NCBI GenBank assembly: GCA_048938855.1
Contig: JBHLLT010000003.1
Location: 64,001-128,000, forward strand
DNA: 64,000 nucleotides
DNA from: Promethearchaeota archaeon
GTDB taxonomy: Archaea; Asgardarchaeota; Lokiarchaeia; Sigyniarchaeales; SOKP01
Direction of reading: 5' to 3'
The notes under the pieces: generated by a model
Databases searched by the model: none
Seen by the model: the letters and a program-made list of their open reading frames with translations, nothing else
Told to the model about the DNA's origin: nothing
Made by a program: the position numbers and the translations under genes
In this document: positions 10,020-19,660 of the stretch, in pieces
How the letters are laid out: each line of letters begins with the position of its first letter
Numbering within the stretch: the first letter of the stretch is position 1

Positions 10020-11183
10020 TTACTTATAAGCTCTATTTTCTATGAGGGCATCAAACATTGCAACAATATTTTGAGGTGGTACTTCGGCTGTAATATTATG
10101 AATGTTTGCTGCAATATAACCTCCCTTTGGTTTAAAACACCCTAAATTATGCTTTACTTCTTCTTTGATTTGTTTTGGAGTCCCAAATGGAAGAGTTTGC
10201 TGAGTATTACATAATCCCCCCCAAAAAGTAATAATATCTCCAAACCTTTCTTTAAGACTGCAAGGCTCCATATCATAAGCAGATATTTGTACTGGGTTTA
10301 CCGCATCATATCCTATATCAGCAAAATGAGGTAAAAATTGAGGGACAGACCCGCAACAGTGATAATTTATCTTTGCATCAACTAATTCATGAACTTTTTT
10401 AGAGAGGTGATACTCAAATGGTTTAATATGTTTTTCATATATTTCCAAGTTCATTATAGGTCCTGATTGTTCGGCTAAATCTCCATTTATGCAAACAACA
10501 TCCAAATATTCTCCAACTTCATTCAAAAAAGTTATATTATAATCTTTCCAATATTTTAAAAGGCATTCCATAGCCGCTATAATCAATTCTATATTTGTTC
10601 GGAGGTACTTTAAAACCTTAGTAAAGCCAAATAGGAATGTAGTGTACTCATATATACAACCCGTAGGTGGGGAAACAAGAGCAAAATCTGTAGTTTCAAA
10701 TAACTTTTTAGCATATTCTTTTATTCCAAGAAAGGGAGTCATATCCGTGCCATCAGGCCAGTCATAATTATTGATCTCTTGCACAGTTTTGAAATTAGCA
10801 AGGGGATGAATAACTGGGTCATAATACAGGATGTTTTCTAAGTTTTTCTCTGCTGAGTTACCCCAGAAAACTCCAAACTGATCATAAACTCCTACGTATT
10901 TTCCTTCATATTGGGGTTCAAAATTATCTATTTTAACCATTCCTCCTGAAGGACGGATATATCTTGTGTCTATTTCAAATTTCTGCAGTAAAGCCTCACA
11001 GGGAACGGCTATTTGTTGCACAAAATCGCAATATTGAATATTGTTATCATCAATCTCGAGATACTCTAATAATTTTGAATAGGCTTTTAAATGAATTCCA
11101 GATTGATTTCCTCCTAAATCAATTGGAATTTTATCTGGTTCTTCATGTTTTAAAGCAAGATTAACTCGCTCTCTTGAGTCCAT
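10020..11183 (-). CDS. Uroporphyrinogen decarboxylase (URO-D) family protein
   Basis: SRERVNLALKHEEPDKIP, YHCCGS, NPVQ, TFWGG and HNI motifs. Confidence 0.85.
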   Translation of the reverse strand: MDSRERVNLALKHEEPDKIPIDLGGNQSGIHLKAYSKLLEYLEIDDNNIQYCDFVQQIAVPCEALLQKFEIDTRYIRPSGGMVKIDNFEPQYEGKYVGVYDQFGVFWGNSAEKNLENILYYDPVIHPLANFKTVQEINNYDWPDGTDMTPFLGIKEYAKKLFETTDFALVSPPTGCIYEYTTFLFGFTKVLKYLRTNIELIIAAMECLLKYWKDYNITFLNEVGEYLDVVCINGDLAEQSGPIMNLEIYEKHIKPFEYHLSKKVHELVDAKINYHCCGSVPQFLPHFADIGYDAVNPVQISAYDMEPCSLKERFGDIITFWGGLCNTQQTLPFGTPKQIKEEVKHNLGCFKPKGGYIAANIHNITAEVPPQNIVAMFDALIENRAYK

Positions 11184-11207
11184 TTTAAGAACCTTTATTT
11201 TTTATTT

Positions 11208-12380
11208 TCAATTTGGTATATTAATAGGATAATTACCATACTTTTTCTTGATATTTTGCATCGCTAAAAATCGGTCAAGCGTAACTGCGGGATTAATACT
11301 ATGCCCAGAACTAAAGATATAACCTCCTCCAGGGGCTAATTCTCGAATAAGGCGTTTAGCATAAGTTTTTATCTCTGATATTTTCCCTGTAGCTAACATT
11401 TGAGGAGACAAATTTCCACAAAAGGTTATTAGATTTCCATATTTTTTATTTAACTTGAAAATATCATATTCCGCATTAGCAGTTGTAGATTCGATTGGAT
11501 TTAATACATCAACACCACTTTTAACAATATCCTCAAAAATTTCTAACAAATCCCCGTCTGAATGCAATAATATATGACTATCGAGTTTATGGGCAGCATT
11601 ACATATCTGTTTTAACCATGGAAATACATACTTTCGATAATTCTCAGCTCGCATGAATAATCCATTTTTATAACCATAATCATCCCATATTATTATTAAT
11701 TTTGCTCCATTTTCAGCTAAAATTTTTACTAATTCAAGTGTAAATTTACCATAATCGTTAAATATCTTATTAGCTTGTTTTGGTTTAGCTAATATTCTTG
11801 AAAATGTTTCTAACCCAAATCCTTCCCAAGCATCCTCCATTATTCCTCCAATTGCAGGAGCAGCAAAAATCTCATTATTCATTTCTTCTTGAATCTCCTT
11901 CCCTGCTAAATACCCTACTAACCGGGCTTCGAAATTTGGATCCATTTTTTCCCAACTTTCATAGGCCTCAAAACTCTTAAGATACCCTCCATGGTATCCC
12001 ATAATCACAGTTCCATCCTTCTCATAATACTCAAATTTCATAATTCTTCCATATTCATCAATAAATCCATTTGAATCATCAAGAATCATACGTGGGAAAT
12101 TAGTAGAGATACATGTTCCTATATCTAAACCGATGTTATGGAATAATTGAAAATATTTCTTAAAACTTGGTTTCATCAATCTTTTACTTTTGATTACTTG
12201 ATTTACGATTTTCATCTTATCAGGTACATTCTTTAGCAGTGAAATACCAAAGTCTCCTCTTCCTTCCTCTATGCCAAAATGTTGTGCTATGGTATTATTT
12301 GTAAAAGCACTTTCCCATCCTGGAACTCTATCAGGTTCTTCATGGTTTATAGCTTTTAATACTCTTTCAACTGCGTCCAT
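11208..12380 (-). CDS. Uroporphyrinogen decarboxylase (URO-D) family protein
   Basis: ERVLKAINHEEPDRVP, WDDYG, LHSDG and APGGGYIFSSGHSI motifs. Confidence 0.85.
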   Translation of the reverse strand: MDAVERVLKAINHEEPDRVPGWESAFTNNTIAQHFGIEEGRGDFGISLLKNVPDKMKIVNQVIKSKRLMKPSFKKYFQLFHNIGLDIGTCISTNFPRMILDDSNGFIDEYGRIMKFEYYEKDGTVIMGYHGGYLKSFEAYESWEKMDPNFEARLVGYLAGKEIQEEMNNEIFAAPAIGGIMEDAWEGFGLETFSRILAKPKQANKIFNDYGKFTLELVKILAENGAKLIIIWDDYGYKNGLFMRAENYRKYVFPWLKQICNAAHKLDSHILLHSDGDLLEIFEDIVKSGVDVLNPIESTTANAEYDIFKLNKKYGNLITFCGNLSPQMLATGKISEIKTYAKRLIRELAPGGGYIFSSGHSINPAVTLDRFLAMQNIKKKYGNYPINIPN

Positions 12381-12400
12381 TATACTTATCTATTTAAAAT

Positions 12401-15076
12401 TTAAGATATATTTTTTTTTAATTCCCATGTAAAAGGTTTGTTTGGAGCCGAATTACCAGTTATAATTATACAATTATCTTTTATCTTAAATTCATCTTCT
12501 TTATTATTTATTTTCAAAAATTTGAAATCAGTAAATTTTTCTTTTTTAAAGTTTAATGAAATTGTCCATTTTCCAGAGACACTTGGAGCATACCATCCAG
12601 AATAACCCTGTTTTGATTTTAAAAACCCAAATAATGGAGAATCAAAAAAATATTCCTCCTTTGGCAAAGAAGGGGTTATCTCAATGCCATCTTTTGTAAA
12701 ATGCGCGCCAATTAAGTGAATTAAGTTGAAAATAGGCCAAGCATGTGGATGTAAATTCATAACAGGGAAATCTGTCCAGCTTACTCCAAACGGGTCTTCT
12801 TTCATATCCTTTTCATCTTTTGGATCCCCAGTAATAAAAAATTCAAAAAAATGAGTTTGTCCTGGGTATTTTGAGAGATCAGAATTATAAGTGTCAGGAC
12901 CACTCCAGATTCCATACCATATGTCCGGAAAAGCTTCTGCATGATATGCAAGTGTATTTTTTTTCCATTCATCCCAGGCCATTTCACTATTTACATAAGA
13001 TAAAGCCCATATTAATGTACCATTAATGGAAGGCCAAATTCCTGCATTCACACGCATACCTACTTCCCTTTTCATTGTATCAATATCTTTACTTAGCAGT
13101 CTTGCTCCAATCTTTGAAGGTTTTCGTAATAATCTGTTAACATTATTGATTAAAATGGGTACCCAATCATCATTAGTAGCATTGCCTATAATAGCCCATG
13201 GTTGAGGCTCTAACCATAATATTTCATCTCCGATCCAGCCCAAATCTTCTGTAAACCAAGCCCTCTTAAACCAATTTCCATTCCATTGAGCTTTAACTGC
13301 TTTCTTTTGTGATTCAGCATATTCAATTATTTTCTTACTTATATCATTGCTATTTATAAATTGCAATAATTCTCCAAATTTATTAAGAACATAAATAGCC
13401 ATTGCTGCATTAAGAACAGATTCTCCTTGATTCCTAATATCATTATGCCTTTCTTCTGGTGCATGACCAATTACCGCGGCATCATTCCAATCTCCATTTG
13501 AGAGTCTTTGAAGACCATGTTTTCCAGTTCCAGATACTTCTGTGAAGTGTCGATAACATAATAATAACATCTGTAATACAGTTGATGTTTTTACTTGTTT
13601 ACCATACACCGGATAAGTTGTAATTACTTCATTGAGAAATCCAATATCCTTTGTAGCCATAACGTATTCGCTTGTAACCCATAATAACCATAATTCAAGA
13701 TCACTTGGAACATATGGAACAGGTACAATCATTCCATAACCAGTAATCCCATATGGAATTTCTCCATCTTCTTTAATCGTTTTCAAAATATATCTGATAA
13801 TTTCTTTAACAATTTTAGGTGTACTATAAATGAATGGTAATACGTGTTGTAGAGGATCACGCAAGGCTATTTGAGCTCCTATTATATATTGATAAATATG
13901 ACCTTGAGAGAGAATATGCTCATTGAAATAATCATCAAACGTCATAGCGCTACGCAAATAATAATTATGCCATGTTATTTCTCGTTCTACCCAGGATTCT
14001 TCCGGAATTGACATTTTAATTAAATTATTTTTCCAATCTTTAGCAGTATTCCCCCATTGATCGAACAAATCTTCACTATATTTTTGGAAAATTTGTTTGA
14101 GATTAACATTTTCGGGTAAATAGCCATATGCAAAATATAAAGTGCAACTTTGATTTGGTTTTACGTGAATTTGTCGTTCTATAATCAAAGCACTATTGTC
14201 ATCATAAGTATCCAACTTAGAAGGAAGGGCTTTAGTTATTCCATCAGGATGACTTACGCCTCCTTGACCAAAAAAATCCAAGGCATTCGTACTAAAACCT
14301 TCAATAGGCCCATTTAACGAAATAAGAAATGTCTTTGGGGAGAATTTATTTTCAAATAATGGCGTAGGAAATTTTTTCTTTTTTAATTCTTTTCGACCTT
14401 GAAAGTATTTAACATCCAATAAACCAGAATTATCTATTAATGATATCTCATGAGAAAATTTTGAACTATATTCTCTTCTCTTTTTATTCATTATGGAAAG
14501 ATCCCTCTGTCCATATCCAGCATAATACGCGGGTGCCGAAAATTGAATTGCTTTACATCCCCAGTACTCAACCCACCGTAAACTTTTTGCATGATCGGTA
14601 TCATTTGAAATCGTAACTTGAGAAATAAGTAAAGGATCATCTCCATAAGGAGCAAAAATTATTTGATCTACTGATAAATTATATTTCTTAACGATTTTAC
14701 GGAAATAACCAATCCCAAAAATTCTCTCAAAATGATCTCCATTTCCTGAATAAAATGTACTAATTATATTATTTTCATCAACTAAATATCCAATTCCTCC
14801 CGCAAATTGATTATTTTTCGGATCATAATCATTAAGGAATTTGGGGCACCCTTCATCTTGACGAACTTGAATATAGCCAAAATTTGAAGCAACTCCAACT
14901 AGACGATCATTACCAACTTGATGTAAATGTTCTCTGTTTGAACGTAATTTTTCATTTAAAGGAGTAATTGCCTTAGGATCATTCATTTGATCACAAGTAT
15001 AATAATACGCTGGTAATCCATGTTCATCAGTAATCCATTCTCCAAAATGTCCCGATCCAAAAGCTTTCTTTTTCAT
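12401..15076 (-). CDS. GH94-like glycoside phosphorylase (cellobiose/chitobiose phosphorylase-like)
   Basis: 891 aa with ALRDPLQ, catalytic GDWND, GESV, WNGNWFKRA and LEPQPWAII motifs. Confidence 0.75.
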   Translation of the reverse strand: MKKKAFGSGHFGEWITDEHGLPAYYYTCDQMNDPKAITPLNEKLRSNREHLHQVGNDRLVGVASNFGYIQVRQDEGCPKFLNDYDPKNNQFAGGIGYLVDENNIISTFYSGNGDHFERIFGIGYFRKIVKKYNLSVDQIIFAPYGDDPLLISQVTISNDTDHAKSLRWVEYWGCKAIQFSAPAYYAGYGQRDLSIMNKKRREYSSKFSHEISLIDNSGLLDVKYFQGRKELKKKKFPTPLFENKFSPKTFLISLNGPIEGFSTNALDFFGQGGVSHPDGITKALPSKLDTYDDNSALIIERQIHVKPNQSCTLYFAYGYLPENVNLKQIFQKYSEDLFDQWGNTAKDWKNNLIKMSIPEESWVEREITWHNYYLRSAMTFDDYFNEHILSQGHIYQYIIGAQIALRDPLQHVLPFIYSTPKIVKEIIRYILKTIKEDGEIPYGITGYGMIVPVPYVPSDLELWLLWVTSEYVMATKDIGFLNEVITTYPVYGKQVKTSTVLQMLLLCYRHFTEVSGTGKHGLQRLSNGDWNDAAVIGHAPEERHNDIRNQGESVLNAAMAIYVLNKFGELLQFINSNDISKKIIEYAESQKKAVKAQWNGNWFKRAWFTEDLGWIGDEILWLEPQPWAIIGNATNDDWVPILINNVNRLLRKPSKIGARLLSKDIDTMKREVGMRVNAGIWPSINGTLIWALSYVNSEMAWDEWKKNTLAYHAEAFPDIWYGIWSGPDTYNSDLSKYPGQTHFFEFFITGDPKDEKDMKEDPFGVSWTDFPVMNLHPHAWPIFNLIHLIGAHFTKDGIEITPSLPKEEYFFDSPLFGFLKSKQGYSGWYAPSVSGKWTISLNFKKEKFTDFKFLKINNKEDEFKIKDNCIIITGNSAPNKPFTWELKKNIS

Positions 15077-15182
15077 TCCTAAAAAGCTTTAATTATTAGG
15101 TAAAAATAAGTATTCTCTTTTTCAATGTCATTTTTGTAAAACTTATAATAACATTGAATGAATAAGAGTTTGATAAGATTTT

Positions 15183-15956
15183 TTAAGCTTCTTCCTCTTC
15201 CTCAAATTCTTTGCCCATTAATCGCATAACGGCATCAGCAAGCTTGTTTTGACTTCGACTCATAATACCTTTTACTTTTCCTTCCTTTCCAAGTACTCTT
15301 AGCATAATGCCGTTCCACACAGAAGAAGGTTCACCTTTTATATTTTTAAACCTGTCTCGATGGACCTCAACACTAATATTATCATAATTCTTAGCAGCTT
15401 CAGTGCATTTAAAGCATAAAATACATTTATCTCGATCTACTTCAATCTCCTTATTCTTTCTCTCCATTGCACTAACAGCACATTCATCACAGAACGCATC
15501 TAAAATTTTAGTATCTTTCTCAGTACTTGTAATAGTTATTGAACCTTCAACAACCTTACGGACTTTTTGACCATTTTCAAGTGTACGCACTTCTTCTTCA
15601 AACTCAGGAAGAGAACCATTTTCAACTACATTCAGCTTTTTCTCGCCATTAATGAAAAGCTCTAGAGTATAACCTGGGCAAATCCAAGTACAACAACCGC
15701 ACCAAACGCATTTTTCAGTATCAACAACAACTTTTTTATCAGATTCTATATTCATTTCTTCAGGAGTTCCGATAGCTGTTTTTTTTAGGGGCTCATCGTA
15801 GATAGATACAGTCACGGGACAAACTCTATGGCAGAATCCACATTCAATACATTTCTCTTCATGATAGACTAACGACATGGCATGGTTTAGCATTTTATAC
15901 TCATAGCTTACAGTATTTTCATCGACTTGGATAGCTTTTTTTGATGGTAGAGACAT
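15183..15956 (-). CDS. 4Fe-4S polyferredoxin (FwdF-like)
   Basis: Two CxxCxxCxxxCP motifs plus a degenerate third (CILCFKC). Confidence 0.75.
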   Translation of the reverse strand: MSLPSKKAIQVDENTVSYEYKMLNHAMSLVYHEEKCIECGFCHRVCPVTVSIYDEPLKKTAIGTPEEMNIESDKKVVVDTEKCVWCGCCTWICPGYTLELFINGEKKLNVVENGSLPEFEEEVRTLENGQKVRKVVEGSITITSTEKDTKILDAFCDECAVSAMERKNKEIEVDRDKCILCFKCTEAAKNYDNISVEVHRDRFKNIKGEPSSVWNGIMLRVLGKEGKVKGIMSRSQNKLADAVMRLMGKEFEEEEEA

Positions 15957-16084
15957 ATTAACTCAAAATCCTATTTTTCAATATTTATTAATAATATATG
16001 AAAAGTATTAAAGCTTTTAGAAGTAAGGGTAATGATCAAATTATCATCAAACAATTAAAAAATAAAAAAAAAAAGATTAAATGA

Positions 16085-16240
16085 TTATTTTTTTTTCATA
16101 GAATCTCCACAGCAAGTAAAACCCATATCTGAACAAGAACTTTCATCAGCACAGTCGCATCCTTTAGTAACAGTTAATTCGAGGCCACAATCCTCACAAA
16201 CGTACACATCTCCTTCCTTCATTTCATGACAATGAACCAT
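16085..16240 (-). CDS. Small Cys-rich desulforedoxin-like metal-binding protein (51 aa; not in the ORF track)
   Basis: Manual translation gives MVHCHEMKEGDVYVCEDCGLELTVTKGCDCADESSCSDMGFTCCGDSMKKK. An AGGTGA Shine-Dalgarno lies 6 nt upstream. Confidence 0.8.
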   Translation of the reverse strand: MVHCHEMKEGDVYVCEDCGLELTVTKGCDCADESSCSDMGFTCCGDSMKKK

Positions 16241-16480
16241 TTTCATTCACCTTAAACATATAATATTCATTTGAGAATGAAACAAAACTCATTTAAAAAT
16301 ATTGTACTTATAGGATATTATCAAATTTAAAATATCAATGCTATTACTACGTGAAGGATTGATAGAAGGGCGATGATAAAAATCGTTGTCCAGTAGAATA
16401 TCTTAAAGTATTCCCAAATTGTCCATTTGTTTTATTTAATTGAACCCATTAACCATGAATATAATTAGTTTCTATGCAAT

Positions 16481-17401
16481 TCATTTTAATTTACTTTTAA
16501 TTTCCTTCACGCGACTTCTTAATGTAACTTCAGTTATTTTAGCCGCCTTAGCTACTTGTGTCTGAGTTAATTTTTGATCTGCAAACTTTACTGCTAGATA
16601 TATTGACGATGCGGCATATCCTCTAGGATCTTTTCCATTAACTGATAATCCCTTTTTTGAGGTTTTGGAGATAATATCTAGAGCTTTATTTTGGATCTCC
16701 ATTGAAAGCCCTAGTTCATTTCCATATTTAAAAATTAGCTGTTTTATACTAATAGGCTTGTAGTTTAAATTTAATTTGGGTAAAATTTCTCTAATGACTA
16801 GACTTAAGCAGCGTATTATAGTTTTACGACTAATCATAAAAGTATCACTAATTTCATCTAATGTTTTTGGAAATTCGTGAACTCTAATTGCAACATATAG
16901 AGATGCTGCAATAAATCCTTCAATAGTACGTCCCATGGTTAACTTTTTTTTTGCGATAAGAGAATAAATTTTCCAAGCAGTTTCGTGAATATGTTCTGGA
17001 ATATTCAGTTTAGATGCAATTAATTTCATTTTTGGTTTAGCTTCCCAGAAATTCCTTTCGATACTTGAGATTAAAGAATTTTGAATTTTAGCCAAACGCA
17101 AAAAGAGTGTTTTATTTTCAGGAGTTAGATAATTTCCTTTATAATCTGTTTTATTTATCGGAAGCACTGTTCTTGATCCAAAATCTCTCCATCTCGGTTC
17201 AGTCTGCTTTCTTTTTTCTATTTCTTCTTTTCCATAAGCTCTTCTTTCATCTTCAACTAGATGAATATCTGAAGTCAATCCACAATTTAAACATACTTTA
17301 TATCCCCTCTTGATATCAATAATAGGCTCAATACAGCATGATTCTTCTGCTCTTTTTTCCTCATTTAAATATTCTCTTTCACTTCTCGTTTGTTTGGTCA
17401 C
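16481..17401 (-). CDS. tfb: Transcription initiation factor IIB
   Basis: Zn ribbon (CC...VCLNCG), cyclin repeats, GKDPRGYAA and TQTQVAKAAKITEVTLRSR. Confidence 0.9.
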   Translation of the reverse strand: MTKQTRSEREYLNEEKRAEESCCIEPIIDIKRGYKVCLNCGLTSDIHLVEDERRAYGKEEIEKRKQTEPRWRDFGSRTVLPINKTDYKGNYLTPENKTLFLRLAKIQNSLISSIERNFWEAKPKMKLIASKLNIPEHIHETAWKIYSLIAKKKLTMGRTIEGFIAASLYVAIRVHEFPKTLDEISDTFMISRKTIIRCLSLVIREILPKLNLNYKPISIKQLIFKYGNELGLSMEIQNKALDIISKTSKKGLSVNGKDPRGYAASSIYLAVKFADQKLTQTQVAKAAKITEVTLRSRVKEIKSKLK

Positions 17402-17634
17402 CCTTTAAGAATAACATATACAAAAAATATCCTTTCCACTGAGTCTTCTTAATAGAAATTAAGTTTAATAAACTTATTTATTTATTACTTTTTTTAGATC
17501 TATAAAAATCTTATATTGGATAATGTAGAGAATTTATACAATAATAAACTTATATATTCTTAACTCATGTTTCTTTTTTGATTCTTTTTAAAAAGAATTA
17601 GTCTAGTTCTACAAGAGAATTCCAAATTTTCAGG

Positions 17635-18297
17635 CTAATCATAAAATAAATGATATAATTTATTATATAATTCCGCGAGTTTTGAAATTCGGTATTGATC
17701 ATTTTGCTGTATTGCATTAGATATATAAGCTCCTAATCCTTGAGGGTTTTTAATCCATTGTAGAAATCCTTCGATTTCTGCCTTGAGATATGGATCAATT
17801 GTTGGCTGAGGAGGAGCAACTTGATAGGTTCCAGCTTGTTCTGATACGCTCTCTGATACATCTTCTTTAAGTTCTACTTTAGTTTCAATGAATTCAGATT
17901 CAGAACCTTTTTTTAACATTGCAGCAGCTCTAGCTACTGCAGGATATGCCATATGAAACCAACCTTTAGCTTTTGGTCTGATATGAGCCAACATATAAAG
18001 TTTTCCATCTGGTGTTGATGCACCTATTAGGTGTCCTAATTTTTTACGATTAGTTCCAATAAAACGTTCGGGTTCCATTTGCAAAATTGAGTATCGTATT
18101 CCACTAAGAGTTACAAATTGAGCATTTCCACTACCCCATTTAGCAAGCATTTCTTTAATGTCTTTCTTAACATCCCATTTGCCTATTGTAACCAATATTT
18201 TACCTTGTCTATCGACTACCACAACATTAACTGCATCAGGATAATGTTTTTGGAGTTTATTTACTACAGATTTAATATTTACCATGATCAGAAACAT
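17635..18297 (-). CDS. Profilin-like domain protein with C-terminal extension
   Basis: The N-terminal ~130 aa align by eye with 4821-5201 (VVVVDRQGK..WD, GIRYSILQ, FIGTNRKKLGHLIG). An acidic/Pro linker and a helical domain follow. Confidence 0.65.
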   Translation of the reverse strand: MFLIMVNIKSVVNKLQKHYPDAVNVVVVDRQGKILVTIGKWDVKKDIKEMLAKWGSGNAQFVTLSGIRYSILQMEPERFIGTNRKKLGHLIGASTPDGKLYMLAHIRPKAKGWFHMAYPAVARAAAMLKKGSESEFIETKVELKEDVSESVSEQAGTYQVAPPQPTIDPYLKAEIEGFLQWIKNPQGLGAYISNAIQQNDQYRISKLAELYNKLYHLFYD

Positions 18298-18516
18298 TCC
18301 TCAGATTTTTTTACGCTACCAAATTTTTGTGTGGTCATTTTAATCCAATTATCAATATTTCTTAAAAATTCCGTTCTTTCTTTCGGACTCAATCCTAAAT
18401 TAGGTTCAAATTTCTTATAAATATTAGTATATTTACTAAGTTCCCATAAATAATTAACATGTCAACTTTTGTAAAATTAATATAAAAAAAAGTTAAAAAA
18501 ACTATTTATTAATATT

Positions 18517-19638
18517 TTAGGTTTTTACTTTTATTAGAGATTTTTTTAGTTTTTCTGCTAAATTATCAAGACTATTTGCTGTCGCAGAGATTTCTTCCAT
18601 GGATGCGGTTTGTTGTTCTGCTGAGGTACTTATTCCCATCATTGAATGGGATACATCTTGGATCATATTAATTATCTCATTGATTTCTTCATAGGAACCA
18701 AAAATGGCATTTCTAGAGTTCTCAGCTAATTTCCTTACCTCATTTGCTACAACTGCGAATCCACGACCTTGTTCACCGGCTCTACCTGCTTCGATACTAG
18801 CATTTAATGCTAGAAGATTTGTTTGTTCTGAAATATCTGTAATAATTTGCATTATGTTTCTAATTTTGTTAGAGGCTTCCATAATTTTTTGAGTAACCAT
18901 AACAGTTTCTTGAGTTGAATTTGAAATTTCTTCAGAAGCAGCATTTACTTCACTTGCGCTTGCGGCTAATTCTGTTGCAACATTAGCTACATCAAGACTA
19001 ACATTAGAGCTTGCTTTTAAAATATCCTTTAGCATATTCTTTGAACTCTCAATTTGTAACTCTATTAAAGCAATAATCCCGGTGAACAATAATGTTGATG
19101 CAAAAAAGATTGTCATCCCTACACCAAATTCATTAGTTTCAAGAACATCTAAATCTCGGAGTGTTGCAGAAAGGATCGTTAGAAAACCTCCAATTAAAGT
19201 TAAGCAGATAGAAGCATATGTTGGGGATTTATTCTTAAGGAATATCTTGAGAGTAAAGAAAAGACTTATAATTATAAGTATGACAATAAAGAACTCAATT
19301 CCCAAAAATATCAATAGTATTGACGATGCTGAGTATGTTGCCTTATAACTTTGGGTAGATTTCAATCCATCTTTCATAAACATTGAATAATACTCACGCA
19401 AAGAAGATACAAAGAGCAATATAACTGCTATTGCAAAAGAAAGATTAGACATAAGACCTGCTTCTGGAATTAGCTCATTAAATGAGCTAATTAACTGTCC
19501 TATTGTTACAAAAAGATAAGAAGAAATCCATTTCTTTAATTCTCGTCGTTTAGTACATACAAATATAAAAAGAATTGTTCCTATGATTACCATTACAGTT
19601 GCGGTATTATCGATTATATCAAAAGAAACATCAACCAC
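18517..19638 (-). CDS. Methyl-accepting chemotaxis protein-like receptor (multi-TM, short signalling hairpin)
   Basis: [37 protein letters not shown] tip motif and about 6 N-terminal TM helices. Confidence 0.9.
   Translation of the reverse strand: MVDVSFDIIDNTATVMVIIGTILFIFVCTKRRELKKWISSYLFVTIGQLISSFNELIPEAGLMSNLSFAIAVILLFVSSLREYYSMFMKDGLKSTQSYKATYSASSILLIFLGIEFFIVILIIISLFFTLKIFLKNKSPTYASICLTLIGGFLTILSATLRDLDVLETNEFGVGMTIFFASTLLFTGIIALIELQIESSKNMLKDILKASSNVSLDVANVATELAASASEVNAASEEISNSTQETVMVTQKIMEASNKIRNIMQIITDISEQTNLLALNASIEAGRAGEQGRGFAVVANEVRKLAENSRNAIFGSYEEINEIINMIQDVSHSMMGISTSAEQQTASMEEISATANSLDNLAEKLKKSLIKVKT
18929..18991. repeat. 63-bp exact direct repeat, copy 1 (copy 2 at 20067-20129)
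   Basis: tcttcagaagcagc...cattagctaca is identical in both MCP paralogs. Confidence 0.9.
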
Positions 19639-19660
19639 TTTAGTACCCTCTTATCATTTC

